In this document: one piece after another, positions 53,656 through 64,000 of the stretch
Numbering within the stretch: position 1 is the stretch's first letter
Layout of the letters: every line of letters begins with the position of its first letter
Origin: Eledone cirrhosa
Taxonomy: Eukaryota
Assembly: GCA_964016885.1 (NCBI GenBank)
Contig: OZ024742.1
Coordinates: forward strand, 151,590,001 to 151,654,000
Direction of reading: 5' to 3'
DNA length: 64,000 nt
Notes under the pieces: generated by a model
Seen by the model: the letters and a program-made list of their open reading frames with translations, nothing else
What the model was told of the DNA's origin: nothing
Databases searched by the model: none
Position numbers and translations under genes: made by a program

Positions 53656-54804
53656 GCTCTTCTGTCAAATTATTAACACGTCAAATACAATAAAATTGAA
53701 ACCTTCGACGATATCTATGAATTCTTCACGTTTGAACAATAATATTGCATGCAAGTAAAAATAATATCTTGTTGGAAAATTTATTTAAATGAGAAAGATC
53801 GAGGGGTTTATATTTTTAGCATAGTGAGGTAACGAGATATAACCTCTCATAGACATTCTATTCGATAAAATGTATCACTTTATCCATTTTATGTCTTTGC
53901 TTTATAGGACGAGGTGTTAAGCTGGTTTATAGTTTCTTTCATTTACCTTAGTCAAAGAAATTGATACCCTCTTTCTTCTGTGTATTGTTTACAGTGTTAA
54001 AACCTTATCGTTAGGTTAGTGAATCAATTTTATGTTTCAAATGGAAATGTTTTGTTTACTTTGTATCATGACTATGTTCGAAAAAAGTAGGTAAATATCG
54101 CAGACGTCATTCACTATACAATGCTGTGTTTGGAGAATCGATTAGCAAACGTTTGCATTCTAAAGGTCATTAGTAAGCGCTTATCAATGTTTAACATCAT
54201 CACCTGTCCTCTTATTGAGTTTAGTGGATCATGGTTCGAGTTTGAGCATGAGGTCCTTCCACCATCCTACTAATATCGAATCGCCTAAATATGATCATGG
54301 TCGTTGTTCTTAGTCTAATCTATTGAAATCGTCAAATACAAATGAGTTAGGGAATAAAATGAATATATTTGAAAATGTGAGAGTCCCAAACGCATAAAAT
54401 TACTGTAATAACAATCAATCACTATAAATAACAGTTGTGAAAATTGGGCGAATTATCCTTAGAGAGGGGAAAAAAGTGGACGAATTATAATTCCACTTAT
54501 AATCGAACATCGTAACTCTCCAATGTAAATAAAATGTATTGGATGGAACATCACAATTCCTTTAGTTTTATAACCCACACGACAATAGTGTCTGAAAGAA
54601 ATGCCCCCAGAGCAGATACTTCACACCTTATTTTGAGAATCTGATTCAGTCATTCTATTGTTAAAGATCAAATAACTTATGTCAATGCAACGAATAACAC
54701 TTTATCCATTCACAGCTCTATATTACTCAAGTCTTTATCGATAAATTTTAAACAAAACTTTTTAAACTCATAAGGGGGAGTTGGACATCTATCCTTTCCA
54801 ACGA

Positions 54805-55000
54805 GGTGTGTTCCCATTCATTCGATCAACGGAAGAGCCTGCTCATGGAATCAATGTATAAATAGCTGAGTATATCACCGACACATGCACCCTTAACATA
54901 GTTCTCAGAGAGAATCAGCACGGCACAGTGCGCTACGAAGCCGCCCCTATGAATTACAAGTGTAACTCATTTTTGATAACTGAGTGGTTAGGAGCAACAT
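54805..55000 (-). mobile_element. Fragment of a second SINE-like interspersed repeat family
   Basis: gatcaacggaagagcctgctc...acccttaacatagttctc...gaattacaag resembles an Octopus repeat known from memory. There is no second copy in this window. Confidence 0.5.
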
Positions 55001-55297
55001 GGTTTCACAAAACTGATAAATAAGCTCAAATGACATTACTTAAATTTTAAAGTCAGGATTATGTCAAGCGACAATATAAGTAATGGAGCTCATTCGGTTT
55101 CAACGATTAATGTTCCAGTTGTTCTGAGTACTCTGTAGTTTTATTTTCAATCCTGTGTATAGACCCGATGGAGTTGCGTAAGACATTCATCAAAGATGAC
55201 ATGTGGGAACGAACCGAAAAAAAAAAAAAAATCAAATCTTTACATATACCATTTGGTGAACCTTAAACACCATCAGCCTCTTTATTTTTCTATATTG

Positions 55298-55379
<82 letters not shown>

Positions 55380-55390
55380 CTCTCTCTCTT

Positions 55391-55424
<34 letters not shown>

Positions 55425-55436
55425 ATTATGTAACAA

Positions 55437-55510
55437 GCTGTCTGATGATGACACGACACTCGCACACAGAACAGTGTGGCCAGTGTCGTCATTAAAATAT
55501 ATATCACAGC
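55437..55510 (+). ncRNA. Type I hammerhead with G12A mutation
   Basis: gctgt ctgatga [long stem II: acgacact...agtgtcgt] aaaa tatata tc acagc. Confidence 0.75.
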
Positions 55511-55519
55511 ATTATTATT

Positions 55520-55632
55520 AAAATCCCGCCGAGGTTGACTTTGCCTTTCATCCTTACGGGGTCGATAAAATAAAGTACCAGTAATGCACTGGGTAATTGC
55601 TGGCCTTGTGCCTAAAGTAGAAACAATTATTA
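55520..55632 (+). mobile_element. SINE 3' fragment
   Basis: Near-identical to 52375-52470. Confidence 0.8.
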
Positions 55633-55671
55633 TTAAAGGACTTGAACATCTGAAACTACTTCGCTTTTCCT

Positions 55672-55708
<37 letters not shown>

Positions 55709-55712
<4 letters not shown>

Positions 55713-55905
55713 AACAAGTATGACCTCGAAGGCAGAGCTCAAGCCGTTTCGACGGCTATTTCAGTGTCCAGAAATAGCCGTCGAAACGGCTTGAGCTCTG
55801 CCGTCGGTGTCATACTCTTTCCTATTTCCCACTCTACTAATAAAAGTATTGAGTACTCTGGTGCCTTATGGTCCATCTGGTTCCTTACCACAATTCCTTT
55901 GTTAT
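55709..55905. mobile_element. Fold-back pLTR fragment with HHR 3' halves
   Basis: The axis is at 55763-55770. The half-HHR reads gaaa cggc ttgagctct gccg tc ggtgtc. It is flanked by (TA)n. Confidence 0.8.
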
Positions 55906-55951
55906 ATATATATATATATATATGTATATACATACATGTGTGTGTGTGAGT

Positions 55952-55995
<44 letters not shown>

Positions 55996-56239
55996 TTTTA
56001 TATACACTCATATGTATAGAGAAAGAGGAGACAGAAAGGGACAAAGCATGAGGGAGAGGCAAATCACACACACATACACTCACACCCACACACAGATGTG
56101 TCTTTAAGTTTGCATATTGTCTTTATTGAATTACATCTTCCTTTGACTTGTTACTTCCGTGTTCTGACCCTTTAATAAGATCTTAGCGCGTCGGCGCTGT
56201 TTACTCCACTAGGACTTCCAATTCATTTCCTCACAGCAC

Positions 56240-56241
56240 CA

Positions 56242-56310
<69 letters not shown>

Positions 56311-56404
56311 CACCACCACCACTGCTACACCAATACCACTACTACTGGTACTACTACATCTACTACTACATCTACTACCACCAGGACCACTACAGCTGTT
56401 GCGG

Positions 56405-56458
<54 letters not shown>

Positions 56459-56503
56459 GCACCACTGCTACCACAACCACTACTGCTGGTACTACAACTG
56501 CTG

Positions 56504-56566
<63 letters not shown>

Positions 56567-56619
56567 GCACCACAATCACTACTGCTGGTATTACAACAAC
56601 TGCCGCAGCGCTGTTGTCG

Positions 56620-56703
<84 letters not shown>
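56240..56703. repeat. (CTA)n/(CCA)n trinucleotide array
   Basis: Directly visible. (TAA)n follows at 56838-56920. Confidence 0.95.
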
Positions 56704-56838
56704 GGATTGACAAACAAATAGCTTAATTAATCGATAGAATTCCAGTAGTTCGTGTATTTATTTCGCAAGAGTGTTAATTGAAGTAACTTATGTATTGTGA
56801 CAAGTTCAGGCTTTGTTTAAACGTAACAAGACGTATAC

Positions 56839-56895
<57 letters not shown>

Positions 56896-57437
56896 CAAAA
56901 ACAATAATGATAATAATAATTGAGTATCTATGTATAGATTTAATCAATTGATTAAACCAGTGGCCTTGGGTAAAATATATTATTTGACCTCACTCGACAT
57001 TGCCGTCAGCATTGAGATAAATCTGATATAGAAACATTAAGTGAAGAAAATAGATTGCTATATTATAGTTTCTTCTATGGTAAAATGTCAAGAAAAAATT
57101 AAGATTTAAATTAAAAGAGAAGGAATAGAGTTTGATATAGAAGAGAAGTAAATAAGGGATGAAAAAAAAAACAAAAAAACAACAACCAACGAAACAAAAT
57201 ATCTAATAACTGAGTTGCCTTCACGTTATATATATTTCGGATGAGACATACAACGGTTGAATGATGGAGTATGATAAGGGAAGGGAGGTATAGAGAAGGA
57301 AGTGCGTTGATAGATATACAAACAGACAATAGTCTGCCATAGTGCACTGGCGCGTACAAATGCACACACACAAACCAACACACTGGCACATACATTTATA
57401 AACTAATACACACAAAGTTGATGTATGCAAATATAGA

Positions 57438-57485
<48 letters not shown>

Positions 57486-57626
57486 GGAATGTAATAAAGT
57501 GACACACGAGTTGATATATATAATCAAATAGTAAAAAGGAAAAAAATACAGTAGAAAATACTGGAGGGATTTTTTCAGTATAATATCAAAACATTTATTT
57601 ATAAAGTAGGGATTTCCGCATTTAAT

Positions 57627-57662
57627 CGTTTACTAGTTTCAGCTTTATATGCTTTTTCAACG
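57627..57662 (-). ncRNA. Degenerate hammerhead, U3-A8 type
   Basis: CG UUGAAAA AGC-AUAUAAA-GCU GAAA CUAG UA AACG. Stem I appears to have lost 2 nt. Confidence 0.5.
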
Positions 57663-57853
57663 CTGGAAGTGTATAGTGCAGTTAAATTGTATATTTATAC
57701 GAATAATAATAAAATGGAGAAAAAAATTATTTATTTTTTTACATACATATTTAGAGAAAGTTCATATTTAGGAAAGTTCATATTTCTGTCCGAAGTTCTC
57801 TTTCACTCTCTGCTAGTGTTGAACAACAGATGCGTAGTAGTTTAAATTGTTGA

Positions 57854-57927
<74 letters not shown>

Positions 57928-58059
57928 CGTGTGTGTCTGATGGTAGCTAAGATGCTTCCGTAAGCGGTATGCCGGTTGAGCACTCTATGTTCTTACAGAA
58001 CAGAGTATGATATAATATAAAACGAAAAATCAGTGATGCATCTGAACTTAATTTATTGT

Positions 58060-58147
58060 GTGTTACAATTGTTTCGCCGGCGGACAGCTCGAGACACGAT
58101 CATTGTGTGGATCTGTCTGATTCTGGATCCGCAGGTTCGACGGACAC
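58060..58147 (-). ncRNA. Variant hammerhead in a pLTR related to PLE-1
   Basis: GUGU CCGUCGA ACCUGCGGA...UCCGCCGGC GAAA CAAUUG UA ACAC, then AAUAAA. The flank 57975-58030 resembles 10700-10780. Confidence 0.6.
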
Positions 58148-58194
58148 GTCTAATGATTTCGGAGCAAATATATATATATATATATATATAATAT

Positions 58195-58345
58195 AGAAAT
58201 GGATTCTACAGGACTAGAACTGTTTCATTCGAAGGAAATAATCAGGAAAAGTCTGATGATTTTCTTCGAATGAAACAGTTCTAGTCCTGTAGAAGCCATT
58301 TTTATATTAAATATTTATACTCTGCTATGTATTGATTACCTTACC
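58195..58345. mobile_element. Fold-back pLTR fragment with HHR 3' halves
   Basis: Palindrome centred near 58249, containing gaaa cag ttctagtc ctg ta gaagcc. Confidence 0.7.
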
Positions 58346-58539
58346 TACTGTGGTTACGCCCGATTGAACCTCACCCCCCCCCCCACACACACAACACACA
58401 CACACAATGATAATAATGAATATAATCGAAGTTGTAGCTGCAAGTAGCAGCTGAGAAACTGATTCATCGAAGATTGTCCAAAGCACTCAATGAGATAATA
58501 ATTAATAAATTTTTCTTCAGAGTAAACACAAAATATATG

Positions 58540-58645
<106 letters not shown>

Positions 58646-58809
58646 GCAAGGGTAAACATATAAGTCTATCTTTTTGCATATTTTGCGTCTGCCGAAGTAT
58701 TGCTTCCTTTTATACACATGTTTTACACAATTATATTTCAACTTCTTGAATTTTGTCTGACTGTAAAGCATTAAATTCGATAAGAATATTATTCTATCAT
58801 TCTCTTTGG

Positions 58810-58871
<62 letters not shown>

Positions 58872-59073
58872 TTATTTATTTATATATATGTGTATATATG
58901 TGCATATATGTGTATACATGTGTGTGTGTATGTATATATATATATATATATTTATAGTGGTAGAACACTGGAAGGTAATATCCGTAGTGGAGGAGAGCTC
59001 TTAGTCCATGGGACGAGTTAGGTATAAGGTGAAACAATTGTTCTCGTTTGGTGAACTAACTGTTGTGTAACCA

Positions 59074-59148
<75 letters not shown>

Positions 59149-59351
59149 TTAAGGATACTATTTATGGTTATGTATGTAATAAAACCTTTTATGGTTATAT
59201 ATTTTTTATACAAACCCTAAATAGTGAAAGATAGTCATTAATTACTATCTTATTACCAGTAAGATAAATAGCTCAATGTAATAACATCGGTTGTTTTACA
59301 GAGCACTTATATAGAGATTACAATAATCAAAGTTCAGTTTAAATCATTTAT

Positions 59352-59400
59352 TTGCTTACAATTGTTTCCTCCAAACCGAGGTTTGGATTCTTCGGAGCAA
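59352..59400 (-). ncRNA. Type I hammerhead, U4C variant
   Basis: UUGCU CCGAAGA A-UCCAAAC-CUCG-GUUUGGA-G GAAA CAAUUG UA AGCAA, then AUAAA. Confidence 0.8.
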
Positions 59401-60855
59401 CTATTTAGTGATCTATAACATACTTGACCTCCTTTTCAACACAAGAGACATATAAAAACATATGCACATATTGATCCACAGTGGGATGACATCCATCAAA
59501 ATGATATAGCATGGCAATTTACATATAAAGGTTAAAGGATAAAGATAAAATTAAAAATAAATATACAAATAAAAATACAAATAAAAATGAAGCATTGGCA
59601 GTCTCTGAAGATAAAGCAAGAGGAAAGTTTAGAGTAGTCAGTGTATGAAACAATCTCACGTGTAGCATGCACGCGTGTCTTATTTATACAGGATTAGAGT
59701 GCGTCAGAATGTTACTTGCAGGGTCAGGCAGTTGAAGCAGGCAATCGATAGTATTATGTGGGCTGAATTATTAAATCATTTTTTCGCATACACCTGTATG
59801 ATATACAGTCCCGAATGTGGAGAAACACCAAAATATCAAAAATCTCAAACATATTATAAAACATATTATATCGTAGGCAAAACAGTACCACTGTCTTCGC
59901 TCACACCACCACTCACATAATCCATGAGACGCAATATATAGACCACGGGTCTATCATATAATTCACGATGGTTCGGCATATAACCAAGTTATAAACCGCA
60001 TCTTGTTGATTCTTAATTTATAGATCATGTTGTTTAGTTTTGTGTGATGATATTATATTCCGGAAGTGTGTGTATGACCAAGGGGAATTAATGCGTAAGG
60101 GGAGGTAACTAGCTGGTCTACTTAGTTAAATTTATTATCCTAAATTACATTAATGGTGTTTCAAATAAGTGCCTATCATATGCTGTTATAACTAATTTTT
60201 AGATTATGTTACTTATCTATAGGTTACAGTGTTGTCTATTAAGAAGTACTAAAGGTGTATATATCAGGACGATTACCTTCTATTAAGGGGTGTCATATCT
60301 GAACATTCTATAAGAAGAGTCAGACCCCCAAATCAATGTTCTTTGTAAGTGTAATTCCTCCCGCAGGATCTGGCACGGTCCTATTATTATATATGACTCC
60401 CGGTAAGCTCTGGCTCATTGTATGTCTGAATCCTTGGTAAATCTGAATATCTCCATGGTGGTCTGGAGATCAAATCTCTCATATAAAGACACCAGTCTGG
60501 CCATCAAGCAATAGATAAACTCCCATCTCATATATAAATTAAATTAGGTATCTTATCTACAAATTAGAGTGGAGTCTATTAATAATTACTAAAGGAGTTC
60601 ATATCATGAAGGTTACAATCTGGAGATCAAGTCTCTCATATAAAGACACCAGTCTGGCCACCAAGCAATACATAAACTCCCATCTCATATATAAATTAAA
60701 TTAGGTATCTTATCTACAATTAGAGTGGAGTCTATTAATAAGTACTAAAGGAGTTCATATCATGATGATTACAATCTAATATGGAGTGCCACACCTGGAC
60801 AATCTATAAGAAGAGTCAGACTACAAAATGAATCATATGGGTCTCACTACTATAG

Positions 60856-60904
60856 TTGCTCCGAAGAATCCAAACCTCGGTTTGGAGGACACAATTGTAA
60901 GCAA
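60856..60904 (+). ncRNA. Hammerhead copy with GAAA changed to GACA
   Basis: Inverse of 59352-59400 with one core substitution. Confidence 0.7.
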
Positions 60905-60935
60905 ATAAATGATTTAAACTGAACTTTGATTATTG

Positions 60936-61050
<115 letters not shown>

Positions 61051-61413
61051 CACACACATACACACACATATATATATATAAGTATGAATACGTACATACA
61101 TATATGTATACAGACATACAGTAGAGTGAGAAATGAAATTTCGTTTTATTTTTTCCACATATATATACTTTTTCCTAATTAAAATCTAAATATCCTTATA
61201 AAAAAATTGATTTCTATAGAGACGATGGACTTCTGTCAATAAGAAACCTCTATACTAAATACGATGAGCCATTTTTTAGAACAACCGACAGTTCTTTTCT
61301 AAAGATTTATATCTACAAATTTAATAAATCTTTGTGCTGACCAGCAGATTTACCATGTAGTGGCAAGAATGTTTTTAGTCGAATGGGTTATCTATCTATC
61401 TATCTATCTATCT

Positions 61414-64000
61414 TGATAGAGTAAGACACGCTTCGCATCGGCTCCGCTATTCCATCGGGATTTACCCTTACTATTGTAAGTACCGGATAAATTTTTTAGT
61501 GCAACACATTTGGAACACTAACCCCTGTTATTTAGGGAAACATTTTTGCATTTACCCCCTTTTTAGGGGGTAAAATAAATATCTATTTTTGCCGAAAAAT
61601 TTCTTTCTTGGCAGCATGGCGGAAAAGATGGCAGACATGTCTGCCATTAGCTCTGCCACGCCCCCCCCCAAGTCTGAAGAACAAAAAATAATTACAACAA
61701 AATTAGACATTGAAACAAACAAACAAAATGAAAAAACAAATGTTAAGGAAAATGAGCAAACAGAAAACAAACAAACAGAAAATAATACAAATAACGACAG
61801 GGCAACTTTCGCCCAGAAAACAAAACAATCCATTACATACACACCAATTGACCTAACTGCCGCCAGAGAAAAACTGGCCGAAGCAAAGAAACACATTGTT
61901 TTGGGGGAGAACGGAATGTTTTCCATTAACTCCCCCCCCCAGAATTCAAGAAAGCCAGAGCAGAAAACACAGTTCTCTACAGAACTATACTGAACCAGAC
62001 AAGAAAGCCAGCACAGCCCAGCCAAATGGAAATAGAGTTAGTCCTAAAAGACTATATGAAGAATATTCTCTTCATACGAAAGGACCGACTCTATGGCAGC
62101 ATGTCGGTCCTAACAAGAGACAAAGAAACGGCGGAGAAGCTTTCCCTAAGCCCACTCTCGTCGACAACATATAGCTTCTATCCCTCCTACATGGGTAGAA
62201 GAACACAGAGAGTAAAAGTAAAAACAATGCTGCCCACAATGGACTTCTGGTGGGCTATTGCTGGCTTCATTGATATGGGCGAAGACACAATGCTGTCAAT
62301 GGGGAAGGCAACTGGAGATGCGTTCCTGGGAATGGGCCTCGACATACTAGTCCAAATGAGGCCCGAAAGAATAGCACAAATCCCGGATCGCATCTGGCTA
62401 GATGACCTTACCCCAATAGACATAATTGTAGAGGGGAGAAGACCAGCATGCTATTTATGCATGGAAAGGGGACACGTTAAGGCTAACTGCCCGAAACGTA
62501 TCCCCCAAAAAGGACTATTGCCCACACCCACCACAAACAGTACACGAACACCACCCACCTCCAAAAATACACTAATACCACACACAGCAAACAAAATACA
62601 GACACCACCAACCACAAACACAACACAAACATCGCCACCACCAGCACCAAACACAAGCACGACACAAAAATCACCACCACCAACCACAACACAAACATCA
62701 CCACCACCATCACCAACCACAAGCACGACACAAACATTACCACCACCACCACAAAACCCATTCCAAACAAATAATAAAAAAAACAGTAACAAATCTACCC
62801 CTCCCGCAAAAAAAAAACAACCACACAACACGTCCCTCCCACCTAGCGCTGAAGAGTTTCCCCCAACTTCTGAAGAAGAAGGAGGAGAAGCCTTCAGACA
62901 AGTTAAAAGAAAAAAAAGAAAACACACACCCAGCACACCACAAATAACCCACACACAAACACCAACTCCAATCAAAAACACCCCACCCTCAACAAACAAA
63001 AATAAATCTGCGCCTCCCCTCTCCGAAACATTGACAGCATCACAAAAAAAGACGTTGCAATACACATATATAAATAAAGAAAACAAAAAACTGGTTAAGT
63101 TAATAAACAATAACCCTATGGTGCAGACCGAAGGGCCAAACTTTATCTCAACAGAGAACTTCACCCATTTAAAAATGATAAAGGTCCCTCTGGACCTTTA
63201 TCGTTCCTTAAAAGAACAATTTAGACGGGACGTGAGCCCCCCCCTGTTTAAAACCGTTGAATCGCGTCCTCTTGAAAGATTTCCCCATAACCGCCCCTCT
63301 CCCTGACACAACTCCAAATACCCCAACCCCACCACACACGTGTACCCCCACACCACCACAAAACATCCCTCCACCCAACACACCTGATGCCATGGAAATT
63401 ACGCAACCCGGAGAGGTAAGTGCTTTTCTTTCTTCACTTTCAACACCAAAATAGATCAATTGAGAGTTGGCTGTTTGAACGCGCGTGGCCTGGGCTCAGC
63501 TTGGAAGCAAGCAAAGCTTCTAAGTGACCTCAGGTCACAAAGTATAGATGTGATGGTTGTTTGCAAGAGTCGGATCAGCAGCGTGAGACAGCTGGCGCTC
63601 GCCTTCGATGACTTTGAGATGCACGCATCTCTCTGTCAACCCGGAGGCGGGGGGGGGGGAGTTGCCGTACTGCTGGATAAACGTCTGACTCTCGACGTAC
63701 AGATTGTTCACTCGGACCCGGGGGGTCGATTACTGGTGCTGGACGTCGGAGGCGGTGAAGGCGGGGCTTTCAGACTGGTCGGTCTTTATGCTCCCTTCGG
63801 GGCGGAAAGAGCCGACTTCTTCCAGCGTCTGGAGACTTTTCTAGGAACGTCGCGTTCCCTGCTTTTAGTGGGGGACTGGAATAGAATCCTAGATGTGCGT
63901 TGGGACTATGCAGGGGCATGTCCCGATAGAGGGGGGTGTAGCAGCCTCAAGGGGTTACTCGATCGATTCGACCTGGTCGATAGATTTCGACTAGATTGTC
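61414..64000 (+). mobile_element. L1/Tx1-type LINE copy C (5' part, runs off the window), starting in (TATC)n
   Basis: ORF1 spans 61617-63306 with one frameshift. The ORF2 APE starts near 63460 (LRVGCLNARGL, LYAP, GDWN). Confidence 0.9.
62026..63306 (+). CDS. Tx1 ORF1 (major part) with CCHC zinc knuckle and a Pro/Thr-rich region
   Basis: CYLCMERGHVKANC is present. It is homologous to ORF1 remnants at 33684-35360 and 30050-30300. The N-terminus lies in another frame (61617-61990). Confidence 0.75.
   Translation: MEIELVLKDYMKNILFIRKDRLYGSMSVLTRDKETAEKLSLSPLSSTTYSFYPSYMGRRTQRVKVKTMLPTMDFWWAIAGFIDMGEDTMLSMGKATGDAFLGMGLDILVQMRPERIAQIPDRIWLDDLTPIDIIVEGRRPACYLCMERGHVKANCPKRIPQKGLLPTPTTNSTRTPPTSKNTLIPHTANKIQTPPTTNTTQTSPPPAPNTSTTQKSPPPTTTQTSPPPSPTTSTTQTLPPPPQNPFQTNNKKNSNKSTPPAKKKQPHNTSLPPSAEEFPPTSEEEGGEAFRQVKRKKRKHTPSTPQITHTQTPTPIKNTPPSTNKNKSAPPLSETLTASQKKTLQYTYINKENKKLVKLINNNPMVQTEGPNFISTENFTHLKMIKVPLDLYRSLKEQFRRDVSPPLFKTVESRPLERFPHNRPSP

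Noticed and set aside
58252-58296. Complete hammerhead using ctgatga at 58253
   Set aside because: No stem I pairing is possible (aaaagt versus gaagcc). The word is part of the fold-back hairpin.

Overview
AT-rich, microsatellite-saturated eukaryotic DNA with no recognisable host gene. It is probably cephalopod (Octopus-like), judging from SINE families recognised from memory. Nearly all [12 protein letters not shown] ORFs are microsatellite artefacts. The real content is mobile DNA. (1) An apparently intact Penelope-like element (PLE, probably Hydra clade; ORF 12522-15098) has an inverted upstream copy of its 3' end. A second, 5'-truncated PLE (probably Naiad clade; ORF open from 16382 to 19849, with an Asn-rich insert) has inserted into a (TA)n tract of its 3' region. 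(2) Roughly 15 complete and several half type I hammerhead-ribozyme (HHR) motifs from about a dozen sequence families occur. All sit in short pLTR-like cassettes beside (TA)n tracts, mostly as inverted pairs, and most have palindromic stem III. Core variants recur (U3-A8, A6U, U4C). In four cassettes the inversion axis lies in HHR stem II. (3) Four L1/Tx1-type LINE insertions all lie in (TATC)n. (4) There are also decayed Chapaev3-like, RTE, R4-like and CR1-like fragments, a TA-type MITE, many tRNA-derived SINEs and a 47-bp tandem array inside a SINE. All structures were read by eye, so coordinates are approximate to a few bases and no activity is demonstrated.
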